From assembly GCA_016296065.1 (NCBI GenBank), contig JAEDKA010000003.1, positions 5,093-69,092 on the forward strand: a stretch of 64,000 bases of DNA, in the 5' to 3' direction. A model generated the notes under the pieces. It saw only the letters and a program-made list of their open reading frames with translations. It had not been told where the DNA came from and did not search any database. Shown piece after piece: positions 61,025 through 64,000 of the stretch. Both the position numbers and the translations under genes were made by a program. This stretch comes from Kiritimatiellia bacterium. GTDB taxonomy: Bacteria > Verrucomicrobiota > Kiritimatiellia > RFP12 > UBA1067. Positions within the stretch are counted from its first letter, which is position 1; each line of letters opens with the position of its first letter.

Positions 61025-61254
61025 AGTCTTACTCCTTTCGTTTTTGGTTTTCTGTTGTAACCGCCAAGAGCCTCCGCAAAAAACGATGTCGCCCGTCTCT
61101 GCGCGGGACGGGCGACCTTCGGAACTTGTTTTCCCCAAAGGGCCCATCCCTTTTCCACCGTGGCGTTCCCGCTCGGTTGGCAGATGCGCTCCCGCGCATC
61201 ACTCTTCATGGTCTTGATGGTGAATATTATATCATATTGCTGATTCAGCCGCAA
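61025..61254 (-). promoter_or_regulatory. sigma70-type promoter plus ~190-nt structured leader with intrinsic terminator (copy B)
   Basis: TTGCGG (61249-61254), 17-nt spacer, TATAAT (61226-61231). P1 hairpin GAUGCGC-GGGA-GCGCAUC at 61183-61200. Terminator at 61078-61116. Confidence 0.65.
61078..61116 (-). terminator. intrinsic terminator inside leader copy B
   Basis: 10-bp perfect stem GUCGCCCGUC / GACGGGCGAC (61088-61116), then AUCGUUUUUUG. Confidence 0.65.
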
Positions 61255-61292
61255 GGGGGTTCGGGAAATTATTTGCGGGCGCGCCGGGGTAT

Positions 61293-61323
61293 GGTTTAGA
61301 CAGGTTAGACAAGATTTACAGGG
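61293..61323. repeat. half-copy of the 9-mer-arm palindromic element family
   Basis: GGTTTAGACAGGTTAGACAAGATTTACAGGG resembles the right arm GTTTAGACACATCATTTACAGAATTTACAG. Confidence 0.55.
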
Positions 61324-61548
61324 CCGTGGCTCAAGAGGGACGGACTCTGACCCGTCCGCAATAGGGAGGACCGCGCTTGTCGCGGCCGTCATGAGGACGC
61401 GGAGGGAGCGCAGCGAGCGCAGTGTCCGAACAGCCACGCTCGCTCCAATCCTAACCACATGTCTACCCTCCGCAGTGAATCAAAATCGCTGTCGGACAGA
61501 AGAAGTCATGCACGTTGAACAGTCGCTGTATTCCTCACAGATTGTCAC

Positions 61549-64000
61549 TCACGAAAACTCAGCACGTGAGAATCCGAGATTGTTGCAGTTTTCGCTAACT
61601 GTGCGGACGACAATCGGAGTAAATGGATTTACGTTTTTTGCCTCAATCGACAACGTGACCTTTACATTGGCACCTGAAGCTGAAAGATGGGAAATAACTT
61701 CATCCACGATTTCTCCGATTCTTGATGATCCATGCGAAACATCAACGCGAGCTTCACCGATAAACTTTCGCTTTGCAGCCGTCGGCAATGATGCAGGCTT
61801 GCCCCCTGGGCCGATTCCTTGCCCTTGTCCACCATTGATTGCGTCTCCAGAGCCACCTGCGAGGTTGCCGGGGCCATCATCGATGACATCATCTGAAGTT
61901 ATATCGCCCGTTAACGATGCTTTATATTCAGCTGCTTCCTTGTCTCTGACAATCAGCTCATTGTCAGAGACGCCTATTGCCATTGGGTTATCCCCAAACG
62001 CAAATACCGAATAACAGCCATCCTCCCCTTTGTCGCGGGCATAGCCAAACAAACCAGAAGCAACGCCCTGTCTTACTGTCTCGCAAAACGCCGCTGCCGA
62101 AACAAGTCTGCTGAAGTACAGGTACGAGGCCATATCCTGCCATATCTTGCGCGTCGACACTTCATGGCATCCATTCTTGAAGTAATATTGCGCAAGATCG
62201 GATTTCATGAAACGTGGCGCCCAAACCCGCAAAATGTCTTCGTTATCTTCCAATGTCTTGCAAACAGCGTCGCCAAGAAGTGACACACTTGCCACATTCA
62301 TCTTTCGGACGACAAATCCGATATCATTCCCCGCCTGCTCGGGCACCAACAGATATTTGAAGCACTCGCAGATCAAACCCCTCAGCATTGTATCGCTCTG
62401 CGCGATAAAGGCCTGTACCTGGGCATCCTCCTGCTTGGTGACATTGATTGACCCGCCCATTATAGCATCCCTCACTGCGCGCCACGCAAGCAGCGTGCGG
62501 CATTGATCTTCAATGCGTCCGACCATGCTCAAATCGGCCGCCAAAAAGACAAGTCTGTTTTTCCTCATACGCGCGACCGTTCCGCATTTGTTGACATATA
62601 CTCGTGCAGCATCAAACGTATGGCTCTCCGTCGCCTTCGAATACGACGAGACCAACGGGAGCACCACAACACGTACGCCTTCCACAATGTCATCAGGCAC
62701 TTCACCATCATCTGCAAACACATGCAACCCAGCGATACAGCTGGGCGAACCCCACTTGTTCTTCAGAGCCATCTCGAGGGCTTCTCTGACATCTTTCTGC
62801 TTGATGCGCCCCTTATACTCATTCATTGTCCTAGATAAATTAGGACGTGTATCATACCAGTAGCGGTCGTCGCTGGAGAACAGATATTGCAGTCTCTCGC
62901 GCATCTTGTGAAGTGCATCCTCGTAGAATGAAAGTTCCTGCCCGGGAATGGCACACCCAAGAAGTATCTGCTTACGGGCTATGCCTCTAACAGTCTGCTC
63001 GGCGGTGGACGCAGCACTTCCAATGAAAATCGTCCGTGCAACTCGAACCGCCGCATGAAGCGCCCCAAGATGTGGATCGCTGACGTCAATTCGAACTGGC
63101 TGTGACTCCACGCCGTCAATTTCTCTATCAATGATAACGCCCCATCCATTCGGGAGAAACTGCGTGGACTTGTTCGCTACCGCCGTGTCGCACAGCGGAA
63201 TCGACGCTGGCATGATCAGCGGTTCATCGCTACCTGTCTTCCACTGGCTGTTGATCACGATCGCCATGTACTGCAACACGCCGCGCGTCTTCTGGAAGTT
63301 TGGCAAAGTCGACCAGTCCTCGTAAAGACGAATAAACACCTCTGGATGGATAGGATAGCACTGCCGCATTCTATCCGTCCAGATTCCCTCCTGGATATAA
63401 GGAGGCAGCGAGTCCCGTTTTTCGTGATAGTAGGATGCAAATTCCTGACAGGTTTCCTCTACAGCCGCAGTATCTTCAATCTTCTCGAAAAGACGGCGTT
63501 TTACGATTTCAAAGCCCTCTTCTGCCGTGACAGGCCTCCATATCGCATTGACGCGACCGAATGTTTTTTCCAAAGTCACAAGCGCCGTGCGCCCGAATGT
63601 ACCGGCAGCCTCCGTGTCAGAACTCGGAAGCGATACGAGCATCATTGCCTGTGGCGCGCTCTTCACAGCCTCTGTCAAGGCCTGCGCAAAAGATATATTG
63701 CTTTCATACGTCCCGCCTGCCAAAGCGCCGCCAGATCCGAACTGGCGATAATACGACACAAGTTCGTCCATCAAGACAACACAAGGCCCTGCATCTTTCA
63801 AAAGTGACTCCAAAATCCCCTTCCCCGGCGAGGTTCCCGCTGCATCGCTGTCCGCAACCTTTGCGTATCCTTCAGGCCCAAGGAGCTGCCATGCCAGGTT
63901 TCCCCAAAGCGTTCTTATTGAAAGTCCGCCTTGCTTCAATGGCTGGTTGGGCGCCAGAGCATTGCCGTCTATTACCGCCACTCTCGCGTGCGGGACACTC
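61549..64000 (-). CDS. DUF499-type (BrxC/PglY-like) ATPase, 5' end outside the window
   Basis: The ORF is open to the right edge, with no stop upstream of the listed GTG at 63981. GPCVVLMDELVSYY is Walker-B-like. LWGNLAWQLLGPEGYAKV and the overall length fit my recollection of DUF499. Confidence 0.55.
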   Translation of the reverse strand, partial: SVPHARVAVIDGNALAPNQPLKQGGLSIRTLWGNLAWQLLGPEGYAKVADSDAAGTSPGKGILESLLKDAGPCVVLMDELVSYYRQFGSGGALAGGTYESNISFAQALTEAVKSAPQAMMLVSLPSSDTEAAGTFGRTALVTLEKTFGRVNAIWRPVTAEEGFEIVKRRLFEKIEDTAAVEETCQEFASYYHEKRDSLPPYIQEGIWTDRMRQCYPIHPEVFIRLYEDWSTLPNFQKTRGVLQYMAIVINSQWKTGSDEPLIMPASIPLCDTAVANKSTQFLPNGWGVIIDREIDGVESQPVRIDVSDPHLGALHAAVRVARTIFIGSAASTAEQTVRGIARKQILLGCAIPGQELSFYEDALHKMRERLQYLFSSDDRYWYDTRPNLSRTMNEYKGRIKQKDVREALEMALKNKWGSPSCIAGLHVFADDGEVPDDIVEGVRVVVLPLVSSYSKATESHTFDAARVYVNKCGTVARMRKNRLVFLAADLSMVGRIEDQCRTLLAWRAVRDAIMGGSINVTKQEDAQVQAFIAQSDTMLRGLICECFKYLLVPEQAGNDIGFVVRKMNVASVSLLGDAVCKTLEDNEDILRVWAPRFMKSDLAQYYFKNGCHEVSTRKIWQDMASYLYFSRLVSAAAFCETVRQGVASGLFGYARDKGEDGCYSVFAFGDNPMAIGVSDNELIVRDKEAAEYKASLTGDITSDDVIDDGPGNLAGGSGDAINGGQGQGIGPGGKPASLPTAAKRKFIGEARVDVSHGSSRIGEIVDEVISHLSASGANVKVTLSIEAKNVNPFTPIVVRTVSENCNNLGFSRAEFS

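Noticed and set aside
1-64000. rRNA, tRNA, tmRNA, CRISPR, integron or prophage structural genes
   Set aside because: I inspected all intergenic regions longer than 60 bp. None shows a cloverleaf-type or rRNA-like sequence, and no phage structural proteins were recognised.

Overview
High-GC (about 60% by eye) bacterial chromosome segment with about 50 genes, all but three on the minus strand. The content hints at a PVC-type glycan degrader, but I cannot verify taxonomy. There are four blocks. (1) 1-20.2 kb is a glycan-degradation cluster: three alginate-lyase-like paralogs (one a nonsense-mutated stub), a CotH kinase, a giant beta-helix protein, two GH43, two GH97-like (one fused to GH29) and a GH115. 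Five of its promoters share a CCGAAAGTGGGAT box exactly 23 nt upstream of the -10. (2) 20.3-53.5 kb is mostly housekeeping: feoAB plus a Cys-rich peptide and a porin, metK, hemW, ugd, recD2, metG, proB, tsf, rpsB, frr and pyrH. It also holds an SDR/phosphoesterase/B12-radical-SAM/TetR operon and a three-gene dedicated exosortase system with a VIT-vWA PEP-CTERM substrate. (3) 53.6-64 kb is a more AT-rich accessory island. It has a GxxExxY gene inside large palindromic repeats, an AlbA_2/XRE pair and a DDE insertion sequence. It also has a cassette of unknown proteins behind a duplicated 190-nt leader with a terminator/antiterminator, and a 5'-truncated DUF499 (BrxC/PglY-like) ATPase. The main oddities are small palindromic elements inserted in frame into GH115 and hemW, and widespread leaderless promoters (TGnTATAAT 6-12 nt from the start codon). 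No rRNA, tRNA or CRISPR was seen.
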